From Raillietiella orientalis (taxonomy: Eukaryota), in NCBI GenBank assembly GCA_036172245.1, contig JAYWIR010000081.1:186001-250000 (forward strand): a stretch of DNA of 64,000 bases, given 5' to 3'. The position numbers were made by a program, and so were the translations under genes. Below, one piece after another: positions 12,301 to 24,494 of the stretch. The stretch's first letter is position 1. Each line of letters opens with the position of its first letter. Below the pieces are notes generated by a model. The model was not told the DNA's origin, ran no database searches, and saw only the letters and a list, made by a program, of their open reading frames with translations.

Positions 12301-14855
12301 CAGGAGGTTCATAGGTAACTGGTCGACCGAGCGCTTGAAGCGGTCCCAGTCCTGAAGCGTCAGCAAGCTGAAACCTCGTATGAATCCGCGGAGGTGCTCC
12401 GCGGCTTCTGCAAGTTTCAGCCAGTCCCCCGGTAAGCGCCACGCAGATGACGACGGACCTCTATCGCGTGGGCGCACCTCGAGTACGATCCGGTCATTGT
12501 TCGACAGTTCCCACGGTAACTTGCAGCGCCTGCCCACGCGTGAGCATAGGCGCTGGTCAAGAAACACGTGATCTATGCTGTCGGCCATTTCCGGATCTCC
12601 CGCGAGCAAGTTGCGCCTGTGCATCTCTGCGCACAGCTCGTTCACGCGGTCCCGAAGTGTGTCGGACGCACCTGACAGCAGGTGCAGGTTAAAGTCACCT
12701 GCGATTAGGTGCGCCTTGCGCACTCCCGCTTCGTCCAGATATTCGCGCCTCAGGGTAAGGAAGAAATTTCTCCTTGCCTTTGCCCTTAGCGCGTCGCGGC
12801 CGCTTGGGGCGTACACGTTGGTAATGACCAGATCGATGGAGTCGGACTACCTGATGGTCAACTGCCCGACGGGACCGGCACTATCGAACCGTACACCCTT
12901 TGCCGCAGCCTTGACAGCTGGACGAAGCAGGAACGCGACATCGCAAGTTTTAATGGTGCCGCAACGCCACAGCAGCCGCCCACCCGAGATACGCTCGATC
13001 TGCGTTGCTTGATCTGCGGAGATCAAGTATATCTCTTGCAGCAGCATCTGGTCTAACGATGCCAAGGTGTAGGCCACGTCTCGTCTCTTGCCGTCGTCGC
13101 CTAGCCCGTTGACGTTCCAAGAGGCCATTTGCAGACGGCGGTAAGAAGTCATTCCCGGCATTAAGGCTGGGAACGTGGCGTTGCAGCATCTGTCAGGGGA
13201 CAGGTGGGAGGGACGAGTAAGGGGACCGCGTCCATCTCAGGCACTTGAAGCACCTGGGGCACAGACTCTACCCTTTCCCTACCTCTCGAGGAGAGTCCCC
13301 GGAGTTCCCCACTTTATTCGCACGCTCGCTTCCCTCAATTATCTCTCCCTTTTCCACGGACGGGATTATTTTGCGGCTAGCCTTTTTCGTGCGAATGGCC
13401 TTTGGGCGGGAGACCGCAATGCCACAGGCTGTGTTTTCCGCCTCTGCGTCAGACTTCGGAATCTCCGACTTCTTGATCGAGGTCGGACGCCCTAAGGCCT
13501 TTTTCGTGGATTTAAGGGGACGCTGCAAGGACGCAACGAGCTCCTCCGCCGCTCGCTCGAAGGCGACGTAGTCGAGCATGCGTTCGACGACGGACCCCAC
13601 CGCCGGGTCGATAGCCTCCGGCATTAATTTGCCGGAGGGCTGAAAGTCGGCAGCGACGACTGCAATTTTGCCGCTCTTTTCGACCGCAGGAATGCGGTTC
13701 ATGACGACAGAGCAGCGTTTGATAATTTCTCGACGCATCAAATTCTCGCTGCGTTTGGCGACATTTTTTTTAGCTTCCTTGAGGCTTTTCTGCCTCTTGG
13801 ATTTTACTACCTGGTATTCAGGTTCCTGGCCGTTTTCCTCGACCTTGTCCGAGTTTTCCAAGATCTCGGAGCCTACCTTCACCTGGGGCACGATAGTTGT
13901 TTTTCGAGCGGCGGCTATCTCTCGCGCTGCCTGAACTTCGCCACGCGCTTCTTCGCATTCCGTGCGGACGCGACGCGGACTTCATTTTGCGGGCACACTG
14001 GAAGAGTGTGCCCGGGTTGCTTGCACTGCTTGCACTGCAAGTGGCGGCTTTTTTTTTTCAGGTGACCTGAAGTGCTGCAATGCCCTCAGAAATGCGGCTT
14101 ACCGACATACCAGATGTCAACGGGTTCGCCCTGGACCTCCAGCTTGTGTGGTAGGGAGCAACCCTCGCGGACCGTGATGCGCGCGGAAGCCATACCGCAA
14201 TTCATTAGATCGTACTCCCAATACGGAATCGGCCTTCTCCACAACGCGTGGACGGTTCCTAATTTAATGAATTCCTTTCGGACAGCTTCTTCGGCCATCC
14301 GAAGGTGATTTCGAGGAGGTGGATTACTATAGATCTATCCACGGTGATCGGGAGGAGCCGGCGATTTTCTAAAGGAACAGGTGTACGGAGCAGACGCAGG
14401 GCAAGACTTGCTTCTTTGCAAATCACCTCAACGTACTGTCCACCACTCCTGATGGTCATCGCCAAGAGCTCCTTCTGGGGTACTTTGAGGGACTGCATCG
14501 CTTTCGAGAAAGCGCGTTCACTCTCAAAGGAGTAGAGGTTGCCTACCTTGTAGAGTAGAGGAAGATTGTACTTCTCCTCCAGGTGGGCTTTCAATTCTGC
14601 CGCAACCGCTTGCGTTGACGCCGCAGCCACGGAACTCCAGCTTCTCCCTAGCGAGGGAGTCGCATCTGTGGGGCGGTTGCCCCCACATCCATTGATTTAG
14701 GAGGCGACATAGACGTCGTCCCATCCTTAACATTGGTGATGGTCCCAGGCATTGCTGCCTAGCCACCACCGAATCCGTTGGCACATTAAGAAAGAAAACA
14801 AAAAACTGAAACCAAAATCGCTCAAGAGCGAAACTAAAAGCCGTCGCTCTCGCTC
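9367..14855 (-). mobile_element. LINE family D, full-length (about 5.5 kb), degenerate, antisense inside family E
   Basis: ORF1 about 14760-13161 (YNLPLLYKVG, IWYVGKPHF); ORF2 13161-9593 (ASWNVNG, YAPSG, AGDFN, RQGDSLSP, YADD); 3' terminal motif at 9367-9396; host reading frame rejoins across it. Confidence 0.88.
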
Positions 14856-14959
14856 GTGGACTGGGACGATCTGAAAAGATCAGTCCACGAGTTCTGAAGC
14901 TGCTTCCCCTTGCGCCTCCTTCCCTGTGGCTTCAAGGCAGGCGTGGCCAACACGACCTG

Positions 14960-16100
14960 CTAAGCCGTGGGACTGGACTGCAGGTAAAGAAGGCAAAGTA
15001 GTCCGTGGTACCGGGAGTTGCAACGTGGGCTGGACGGCCTGACTGGATCCGCTTGGATATTCCCACGGCCAGGTACCTGGAGTACCTGGGTGTGTGTGTT
15101 GGGAAAATTCTGCCTCGCAGAAGCCTGGTGAGGTCGTCTTCAAAAGGTAGAGTTGGCAATCGGCCCGTTCCTGGAAGGCAAGTTCCTTCTTCCGGAACGG
15201 GCCGCGGTGTAGAACGCGTTCGCTGCTCTCATCCTTCGCCCCCTGCTCTTTGTGTGCCTTTTCCCCGTGACTTGAAGAAAAGGACAAACGACCTTCTTCG
15301 CATCGCCCTCTGGGGCATCGGGAGGCCACGAGCGCTTTTTAAGAACATATGCGCTCCTCGTCGTGACGGAGGCCTTGGCCTCCTGACGTTGGAGCGCCTG
15401 GACATACAGCTGCGATAGCGCACCCTCGCCATCGCAGCAAAGCCATGGAACACCCCGTTGTGCGCTCCGTCCCGTATCCTCGCCAGCCGTGTATCCTGGA
15501 CGCAAGGACTCGCGACTTTCCTTCTGTGCCCCGGCCGGAATGTCAGGAGATGCGGCCTTATCCTTGGACGCATTGGAACTCTAGTGAGAAAATACGGCTG
15601 GACTAAATGCAGCCCCGCCAACTTTATTGAGGAATCCGTTGCGACATGGACCAAGCTGAACAATCCAGGAACCGAGAATTGGAACCGCTTGCGATTCGGT
15701 TCCATCGCCTGCTGCACCCTACGGAGCACTCTGAAGTGTTCCGCCAGCAGCACGTCGGTGGAGACCACCCCTTTAGCTTCGACGCTGCCCTTTCTTCGGA
15801 GGGCTTTAACCAGCGGTAGGATGCCAAAGTGGCAAGTCTTCTGCCGAATCGCATAAAAGGAAAAAAAGATGAGCGGTTGGACCATGGGAGAACTAGCAGC
15901 CGCCACCACCCCTAGTGCCCTCTCGCGTGGACTTTCGAGATAGGGTGAGCTGCTCGGTATCCCGACGGATGACCTGATGTGGCCCCCAGTTCTCATCGGT
16001 TCCAGGCTTTTTTCTCGGAAGTGGCAAGGGACGGCGCGCTGCTGCTGTTGCACTGCGGTCTACCCTGCAACGCGCGCCGCTTCCACTGGACGCGGGGAAG
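14960..16100 (+). pseudogene. LINE ORF2 fragment (RT C-terminal part to HWTRG), host of family G
   Basis: EYLGV, CAPRRDGGLGLLTLERL, LHCGLPCNARRFHWTRG then abrupt junction. Confidence 0.85.
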
Positions 16101-17135
16101 TTTTCTCCCGGTCACGCCGGTGCGTTTATTAAAAAACACTTTACATTTGCGGTACTAGGCCCCGCTACGGCCAATATTTCATGGGTCCATCCAGAAATCC
16201 GGTTCTCAGGCCAGCCTGTCCTCCTCGGCAGCGGAGGGGATAGGGGGTAAAACAAAAAGAAAAATAAATGAAATAACAAAAAGAAACTATTTGATAGGCC
16301 GGGTAGGAATCACAACCCGCTATAGGAAGAGACTATCCTTTCCAGGATGCCCTCGAGGTCCCTCGTCATAGCTCCCAGATGGGACCAGCTAATCGCGATT
16401 CGCAGGTAGCGACCCGCGTGTACGATGGGGGCCCTGCCGCTGCTTCCTCTTCTGGCTGCGCTCCACGCAGCCACAATCCCTCGGAGGCAGCAGAGCGCTG
16501 CCAGGGCTGAGGCTGGTGGCAGGGCGTCCGGCACGAAGAGGAGTCTCACAACGTCTCTGGGGGTACTTCCGACCAAAATAGGAAGAGTCGCAGCATAACG
16601 TTCCCACAAGGGCCGGAGGGCAGCGTAGTCCACTGACAGATGGGGTAGGGATTCCTTCTCCCCGCACACTGCACAGTTCTGTCCCACGTTCCCCAACGTC
16701 CAGTGGTGGCGGCGCGCGTTGCAGGGAAGACCCCAGTGCAACAACAACAGCGCCGTTTCCTACCACTTGAGGGGGAGGATGGATGCGTCTCTAAATAACG
16801 GGGGCCACTCTAGGTCATCCGCCGGGATGCCAAGCAGCTCGCCCCATCTCCGTATGCATGCGGGTTAACGCTTGGGCTTGCGGCGTCTGCCAGTTTCCTC
16901 AATGTCCACCCGCTTAGATCCTTTTTCTTGCCCGGTATCCGGCAGGAGGCTTCCTATCTCGACTTCCGGCTTTTTTGAAGCGCCCTTCGTAGAAAGCGCT
17001 GCGCCGTGGCCAGTGGGGTCGTCTCCGGCCTGGATTGCCAGGCTTGACGCTCGGCCCCGTCTTTGTACCTGGCCAAGCGACGGATGTCAGCGGTCCTCGC
17101 GAAACGACGGGCGTGTAAGTACGCCCTTTTGTTAC
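16101..17135 (-). mobile_element. LINE family G, 3' end plus a linker remnant (large internal deletion near 16950)
   Basis: ORF 16310..16747 with CAVCGEKESLPHL finger ending DLEGILERIVSSYSGL*; 3' motif 16101-16130; RNKRAYLHARRFART at 16990-17135. Confidence 0.85.
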
Positions 17136-18360
17136 GAAAGGACGTGTTTTTCCTTTGCTCTGTCAACAAGTACCGGGAAGCGGTTTCTTCTTGGGAAGTG
17201 TGTGTTTTTTCACATCGTAGGTGTCCGATGGCATAGCTGCCAGAGGACATTACGATGGAGGTGGGCATGGGGAAGGCTAGTCCCCCCCCGCCCTACTGTA
17301 TCAGGGGCATCCGTCCCGGAATCATCCCTGGCAACGCCGAGGACGTGGAGCGCCATGGTGGCCGCGTCGAGCGCGGAAACCTTGGCGGAGCAAGCGGCCT
17401 ACAGGGCCTCCGGCTATAAACCATCTCTGGTTTATAAGGTAGGACCCCTGTTTGATGGTCGCACTTCCCGTGCACTTAGTAGGGCACTGCAGGATTTCCC
17501 TGTTCGAGAGGAGGATCTTGACGGCCTCTCCGTACTCAGCGGGGGGCAGCGCGTGGAGGTCGTCTGCAAAGACGTAGCCTTAACACAGCGCCTGATAAAC
17601 ACCCCGCTGAATGTGGATGGTTGGAAAATCCTACCGGTTAGCATGGACCGCCCCGTAGTGGTCCATCTAACCGGAATCACAAATCGGATGACGCGCTCGA
17701 CGTTCAATTCCGAGTTGATGAAATACGGAGAGGTACACAAGTTGTGGCCAAGGCCCACCATCTTCGAAGGCTTTCATAGCCATTTCGGAGGTCAGGCTGC
17801 AGCGCGTGTCACTGTCAATGAGAATGCTGGGTTGCCCCACAAGCTGGAGGTCGCGAAGGAATCCGTCGACCTCTTGTACGTGGGGAAACCCCGCTTTTGT
17901 GGCTACTGCAATGCAGTAGGGCACTTGCGCAAGCGGTGCCCGTACATTAAGTGCCACTTGTGCGGGGTTAAGGGACACGTGCGTCATGTGAGCCCTAAAC
18001 TCTCCACCCCGGTGTCACCTGCTGCCAAAAAGGCGTTGGCCAAAAAAATGAACAAGGTCGAAAGACCTAAGCGAAAAACTGGCCGGCCTCAGCCGCCATC
18101 TCCTCTTCTTCTCACCCAGGCGTCAGATGATAAAGCCGCAAAAGACGCCGGAGTGGAGGAGGGATGGCACCTGGTAAAGGCCAGGAAGGAGAAACAAATG
18201 GTGAAAGAACCACTGAAGAAAACGGAGAAAAAGAACACGGCTGGCAAAAAGAATAAAGCCGCGCCGCTGTCAAAAAAACTCCGCGAGTGCTTGGTAGCAC
18301 TGAATCGCGTGAGCGTTCCTGAGGCTGCCACCCGGGCCGACGAGCCTCCCCTCTCGATCT
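17136..18360 (+). mobile_element. LINE family B-like, 5' end plus ORF1 (truncated)
   Basis: GGACGTGTTTTTCC at the 5' end; ATG 17228; YKPSLVYKVG, YVGKPRFCGYCNAVGHLRKRC..CHLCGVKGH. Confidence 0.85.
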
Positions 18361-18935
18361 GATCGCCGTCTCGACTTTTTGGAGGCAGCCGCACCACGCT
18401 TCCGCTGCGGAAAAGTCCCCCAACGGCACACCAAGGTACTAAATGCACCTCGCAGTGGGGATCCCCAAACGGACCCAGTCCTGCTGCCCTGCCTACGCCG
18501 CACCAACTGGCACCACCGACGACTTCGCCCTGTTCACCTGCAGTCCGGTCCAGCGGCTGAGCAGGTCGAAGAAATCTCCGACCGCCTTCGCCGGGGAGGA
18601 CATAGGTAACAGGAGCAGAAGATCGTTGGCATAAACACTTACGGCGAGTGTGCCGCGGCATGAGCTCGGCAAGAGGGCCAAAGTCACCCTGTACGCTCTC
18701 AGCAATAACTCGAAGTAGGTGCTAAAGAGCAGGAGAACGAGGCTATCGCCCTGCCGCATGCCCCGCCCCACCGGCACGCCATACACCCGTTGACTGCTGG
18801 AAACGATCGAAATTATCGCGTTCCGCCAGCAGGAGCGCAGGTAGGAAATCAAGGAGGGTGGGAAGCCCATGCGACCCAGGAGCCCCAAGAGGAGTTCCTG
18901 GTCTACACAGTCGAACGCCTTGTGCGCTCCAGCGT

Positions 18936-18948
18936 GGACGTGTTTTCT
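18936..18948 (+). promoter_or_regulatory. Conserved 5' motif GGA(C/T)GTG(T/C)NTTT, DPE-like internal promoter element; representative copy
   Basis: Found within about 5-12 nt of element 5' ends at 392(-), about 17139, 18936, 29247(-), 31678(-), 36148, 43485, 49146 and 51448. Confidence 0.6.
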
Positions 18949-19018
18949 CGGTGCTCCTCGTGCCAGGAAGTCTCCCCCAGTGCAAGCGTCGTGTGGTTCG
19001 GTGGTCGATCAGGCAGCG

Positions 19019-20681
19019 ATGCCTGACGCGACCACCAGGGATGGCCAGGGGGCAGCGGCAACGCCGCCCTCAGAGGCGATGGAGAGCCAGGGGGCGGCGG
19101 CAACGTCGCCCCCAGAGGCGATGGAGGTGGGGGCATCCGCCCCCACAGAATCGGTCCCCGCTGCAGCGCGGGCGTGGAGCGCCGTTGTGTCGGCGCCATC
19201 GCCTGCAGCCACGGCGGAATTGTCGGCCTATGTAGAGAAGGGGTACAACCCCTCATTGTTTTACAAGGTAGGCAATTTATATTCTTTAGAGAGCGCGCGC
19301 GCCTTCTCGAAGGGCATGCGCGCTCTCGATGTGAAAGAGGAGGAGCTCAGCGCTATGACCATCCGCAGCGGGGGTCAGTACGTTGAGGTCATCTGCAAAC
19401 ATGCAGAGCTGGCCCAACGACTGCTTAAAACCCCCGTTGTGATGAAGACGCGCAGGCTTCTCCCCACTACGGCGGACCGCAGCATGGTGGTCCACCTGTT
19501 AGGCGTGACCGCGCGAAAGCGCAAAGAACAGGTTCGCGCCGCTTTGGAACAGTTTGGAACGGTCCACGCGCAGTGGCCGAAAGTTAGTCCTTATGAGGAC
19601 TACACGGGGCTGCAACACGGCCTCACTGCTGCGCGCGTGACCGTTCGGGAGGGCTGCACTCTTCCCCACAAACTGGTGGTCGAAGGCGAAACCGTCGACC
19701 TCTGGTATGTGGGGAAGCCGAAATATCTGTGGCTTCTGCAATACGTCGGGCCACCTTAAAAAGAGGTGTCCCAATGTGCAGTGCCAAGTATGCGGCACAA
19801 TGGGTCACACGAGGGAGGTGTGCCCAAAAGCAGCAGTGCGGGTGGTTTCCAAGAGAAACCTTAAAAAACGCGCCCGGCTTCTGCAGAAAAGACTGGCGGC
19901 GCTAGCTGCCGCGAAGGCTGTGCCACCCGCGCCCAAAACCCAGGCCGCACTCGAGACCCCGGCGACCAACGCCGAAAAAGTTGAGGGAGCCGGCCAGGAG
20001 ACTGAGTGGCAAGTGGCCACAGCCAAAAAATCAAAGAAGGAGAGGAGGATGGAAAAGAAAATCGCCTACCAACAGAAGAAGAAAGAGCAGGGTAGCGCGA
20101 TAATTAAAGAGTGCAGCGTCGTTGTCGAACGCGTTCTCGATGTTGCCGAACGCTGCCGGAATGAACTCGCCGCTACCGACGACCTCCCCTCTGTTGACAC
20201 AGTCAACAGCGAGGGGAGCGAGCCGGCGGCGGCGTCCGTCATCGACAACACCATCGATGACGTAGCCTTCGCGCGAGCCGCGGAGGAGCTGGCAGCCTCG
20301 TTGCAGCCAGAACCCTCCAAGGCTGGCAAGAAGGCCGTAAGGCGTCCGGCCTTCCCTCAGGAGTACCCCACTTCCGACCCCGAGGTGGAGGCCGGAAGCG
20401 CAGCCTCCGTATCAACGGCACCGCGCAAGAAGGCTGGACGTAAGTCCAGAAAGCCAAGGAAGCTCGTCTCCCCCGTCGAAGGGGAAGAGATGGCTTCCGC
20501 AAGCGAGGGTGCCATGAGCGTGGGAAACTTTCGGGACCCGTCGCAACAGAGACTCCCACCCACGGACACGGAGGGGATGGAGGGGGTGGAGGCCGAACAG
20601 GTGCCTCAGGTGCCTGAGAAGGCCGGAACCCCCATGGACATCCCGCCCGCCTCGCAAGAAGAGGGCTCCTTCACACCTTAA
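19019..20681 (+). pseudogene. Family A ORF1 gag-like nucleic-acid-binding protein (one frameshift near 19725)
   Basis: ORFs 18869..19759 and 19707..20681; CGFCNTSGHLKKRC and CQVCGTMGHTREVC knuckles; 42-bp duplication at about 19045-19125. Confidence 0.88.
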
Positions 20682-20695
20682 TCTTCCCAGCAGTA

Positions 20696-23600
20696 ATGCC
20701 GGGAGTCTCCTCCCGCCGTCGTCTGCGCATCGCCGTTTGGAACGTGAACGGCATCACAGACGCCGGCAGGAGACGAGACATGGCCGCCCTTCTGGAGTCC
20801 TACGACCTTGCGCTGCTGCAGGAGATCCACGTGATCTCTGCAGAACAAGCGCAAGAGATCGAACGGATCTCCGGAGGGCGGCTGTGGTACAGGTGTGGGA
20901 GAGCGAAAAGTTGCGGTGTCGCCTACCTGTTTCGGCCAGCCGTCGAGGCCGCGGATCGGGGCGTGCGGTTCGACGATCACGGTCGTGTCGGCCAGCTGAC
21001 TCTCAGGTGGTCCGACTCGATCGATCTGATCGTCACGAACGTGTACGCACCGAGCGGCAAAGACCTGATGAACAGGAGGGCGAGGAAAGAGTTTTTCCTT
21101 GCCCTCCGGCGAGACTGGCTGACCGAAGCAGGCGTGCGGAATGCCCATCTGGTTGCAGGCGATTTCAACGTTCGCCTGAAACCAGATGAGCAGAATCCCG
21201 AGCGTGACCTGTTCAACGAGGTGTGCATGGCGGTGCACACCTGTAATCTGTTGGCCAGTGCACCGGGGATGGAAGACAGCATTGACCACGTGTTTCTTGA
21301 CGAGCACCTGTGCCGTCGCGTGGACAGGCGCGGCAAGTTACCGTGCGAGCTGTCCGACCATCGCCCGCAAGTCCTCGAAATCCATCCGCGCGACAGGGGC
21401 CCCCCCCTCGTCAGCGTGGCGTCTCCCAGGGGACTGGCTGAAGCTCCCGGACGCAGCGGAAGATCTCCGCACATTCATACGGAGCTTCAGTTTGCGGACA
21501 CTCCATGATTGGGACCGCTTCAAGCGGTCGGTCCAGGAGTTCTGCGACCAGTTTCCTCTGCACCGCCTACCTACGGGTTTTGGGACCGGGATCCGTAACG
21601 AACGAGCCTACCTGCAGGCCCGTCGTTACGCAAGGACCCCCGACATCCGCAGGCTGGCGGATTACAAAGCGGGAGCCGAGAGGCAAGCCTGGCATTCCGG
21701 ATCGGCCAGCTTACTGGACGATCAGGGCCAGGAGCACTCGGCACCTGCCCAAATCCGCGGCCTGCTGCGGAGTTACTACTCCTCCCTGTATGCCAGGGCA
21801 CCTCCGGAGAGGAACGTCTCACGACTCCTGCTTCCGGAAGGCGCTCCGGCGATCGGGGAGGAGCAGAGAAAGACCCTCGACGAGCCTTTCACGATGGACG
21901 AGATCCTCTCGGCCATCGGAAAGCTCAAGAGGCGAAAGGCTCCAGGGGAGGACGGCCTGCCCGCGGAGTTTTATCAAACTTTCGCGGCTGAGCTTACCAC
22001 CCTGGTACAGCAACTCACCTTGCTGATACGCGAAACAGGTGACGTTCCCGCCTCGTTCCGTTCGGCAAAGATGCGGCTCCTCCCTAAGGGAGGAGATCTG
22101 AGGAGCATGAACAACTGGCGTCCCATCACAATAGTGAATGCGGACGCCAAGTTGGTAGCCAAGGTTTGAGGAGAGCGTCTGGGACGGGTTGCCAACATCT
22201 TCATCAGCCCGGAACAGACATATGCTGTTCCCGGGCGAAGCATGGAGGCGAACCTGTTCCACGCTTCCACCTGGCTTGAGCTCCAACATGAAAGGAGCTT
22301 GGTGCGCAGCCGGAATTCCGGTGCGTGCGCCGGCAAGGGGTTGGATGGTCGGGTGGGGGAGGGAGCCCTTGCGGTCGCAATCGACTTGCAGAAAGCATTC
22401 GATTGCGTCGACCAGAATCTCCTTCTGGAGCTTCTGGAACGCTTGGGCTTCCCGGCCTCATTAGTGGCCTATCTGCGCTCCTGCTGACGCGACGCGCTCA
22501 TAAATGTTACTTTCAGCGGGCAGACGGTGAACGGCGTGCCGGTGCGGCGTGGGATCCGGCTGGAAGACAGCCTGAGCCCCTTGCTCTTCAGTTCCTACTT
22601 TGAGTTTGTACTGAGAGCGTACAGGGGAACTCTGGCGCACCTGCCGCACGACTGTGCCGGTACGCCGGCCGTTTCAGCATACGCGGACGACCTTCTGCTG
22701 CTGCTCTCTATGTCCACCCCGGCTGCGGCGGTCGAGGAGTTCTTCGACCTGCTGCATCGGGGAACCGGACTTACGGTGAACAGGGCGAAGTCGTCCGTGA
22801 TGCCAGTTTGTGCGGCGTGGGCAGGGCAGCAGGACTGGGTCGGTTTGAGGATCCCCACGGTGAGGTACTTCAAGTACCTTGGTGTGCCGTTGGGGGACTA
22901 CTCCCCTGCGGAAGCGTGGTCCGGCTGCCTTCAAAAAGTAGAGACGGCGATCGGCCCGTTCCGAGGCGGCAGGTTTTTCCTGCCTGAACGGGAGCGGTTT
23001 GGAACACGTTCGCGGCTCCTCTCCTCCGCCCCCTGCTTTTTGTTTGCCTTCCCACAGAGAGGATTAAAAAGCAGACAAAGGACCTCCTCCGTATCGCCCT
23101 TTGGGGCAACGGGAGGGCCCGAGTCCGCTTAAAAAACTTGTGCGCTCCTCGTCGGGATGGTGGTCTGGGCCTCCTGACGCTGGAGCGGCTGGAGCTTCAG
23201 CTCCAGTTCCGCTTGCCGGCACTCGTTCCAGAGTTGTGGTGCACCTGTTGGTGCGTCCCTGCACGTCTCGTTCTCCAGCAAGCCACCGGCAAGACGGGAC
23301 TGACGTCGTTTCTTGCACTCCGTCGCCGCGTCAACCGATGCGGACTCCAGCTACGGAGGGTGGCTGCGCTGTATCGGAAAAACCCAGGATTGCTCACCTG
23401 TCTTCCCTTTAACGGTAGTGCCTGGTTGCAGGAAACCGTTCGAACGTGGGGACGGTTCGGCATGCAGCGCTCCCAACAGGAACGAAGGTTCCTGTTTGGG
23501 GGTTACAGAAGTTGCACGCTTCGCGAGATCCTGGAGGATCCAAAGAAGAGAGCGTGGGCAGGAAGAACCCCCCTCGCTGCTGCGCTTCCCTCCCTGATTG

Positions 23601-24276
23601 AAGATCTTGACAGCGATGTTGCGGCGAAGTGGGTGGTTACAGTAACAATCTCGGGAAAGGAGAAGAAGATAGGAGAGTGGAAGACGGGGAAGTTAACAGA
23701 CGCTGCCACCCCGAGTACGCCTCCACATGGACTTCTTTGCTGGGACGCGCTGCACGATGTCCCATTGAACATCTGAAGTGGCCCCCGGTGCTCATGAACA
23801 CTTCCGCTTTCCCCTTAAAATGGCAGGAGTCGGCTCTCCTGTTGCAAAACTTGGGATTCCCCTGCAACGCCCGCCGACACCACTGGACCTGGGGAGCGGT
23901 GGACCCCAATTGCGTCAGGTGTGGGGAACGCGAGTCCCTCCCCCACCTGCTAGTGGATTGTGTTGCCCTTCGGCCCCTTTGGTTTCGCTTTGCCGTGGCC
24001 ATCGGAATCCCCTGCGGCAACCCCAGGGACGCACTGAAAGCCCTCTTCGTTGCCGACGCCCTTCGGCCAGCGGCCTCGTTAGCAGCTTTGTGCTGCCTAC
24101 GCGGGATCGTCACCGCTTGAAGCAAGGCTACGGGAGGACAACGCGACCAGGGTGCCATCCAGCCAGCCTCCCAGTTCCTGAGGAGGGCGTCCCGATGGCC
24201 CCACCTGGATCCAGGAATGCAGAAAGAGTTTGCCGGCATCCTGCAAAGGATGCAACGGCCCCACCAGCAACTGTGA
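20696..24276 (+). pseudogene. Family A ORF2: APE endonuclease, reverse transcriptase and C-terminal Cys/His finger, disrupted
   Basis: WNVNG, LQEIH, NVYAP, AGDFN, SIDH, LSDH; KAPGEDG, NWRPIT, KAFD, YADD, KYLG; CVRCGERESLPHLLVDC; several stops and frameshifts. Confidence 0.92.
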
Positions 24277-24463
24277 TCCCTTCCGTTACCCTCCCAACTT
24301 TTCTTTTGTTTTTTGTTTTGTTTTTTGTTTTTCCCCCTTCTCCCTGCTGCCGTGGTGGACCGTACCGGTCTGCGAATCGGTGACCCGGCAGGCTCTGTGT
24401 TTCTGCGTGCGTGGCTGGAGCAATGGTCCAGCCACCGCACGTCTTTGTAGATGTTTATTTTAC

Positions 24464-24494
24464 AATAAACGCCCCGGCGAAATCCGGGTGAAAA
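24464..24494 (+). terminator. Shared LINE 3'-terminal motif (poly(A) signal, GC hairpin, short A tail); representative of 12 copies
   Basis: AATAAACGCCCCGGCGAAATCCGGGTGAAAA; other copies on + at 27359, 34599, 49095, 54427, 57798 and on - at 9367, 16101, 25747, 37311, 40491, 58373. Confidence 0.8.

Larger units (their letters stand above)
18925..24494 (+). mobile_element. LINE family A, full-length (5570 bp), flanked by a 14-bp TSD
   Basis: TSD tcgaacgccttgtg (18911-18924) / tcgaacgccttatg (24495-24508); complete ORF1, ORF2 and 3' UTR with terminal motif 24464-24494. Confidence 0.93.

Noticed and set aside
16872..18362. 496-aa ORF as an intact gene (similarly 30612..31784, 48951..50117, 18869..19759, 53396..54145)
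   Set aside because: These frames run across element junctions, so their N- or C-termini are antisense host sequence, UTR or another family. Only the ORF1/RT cores are real.
20696..24276. Bacterial RT system (group II intron, retron, DGR)
   Set aside because: The RT is fused to an N-terminal APE endonuclease and preceded by a CCHC ORF1, with TSDs and AATAAA. This is eukaryotic non-LTR architecture.
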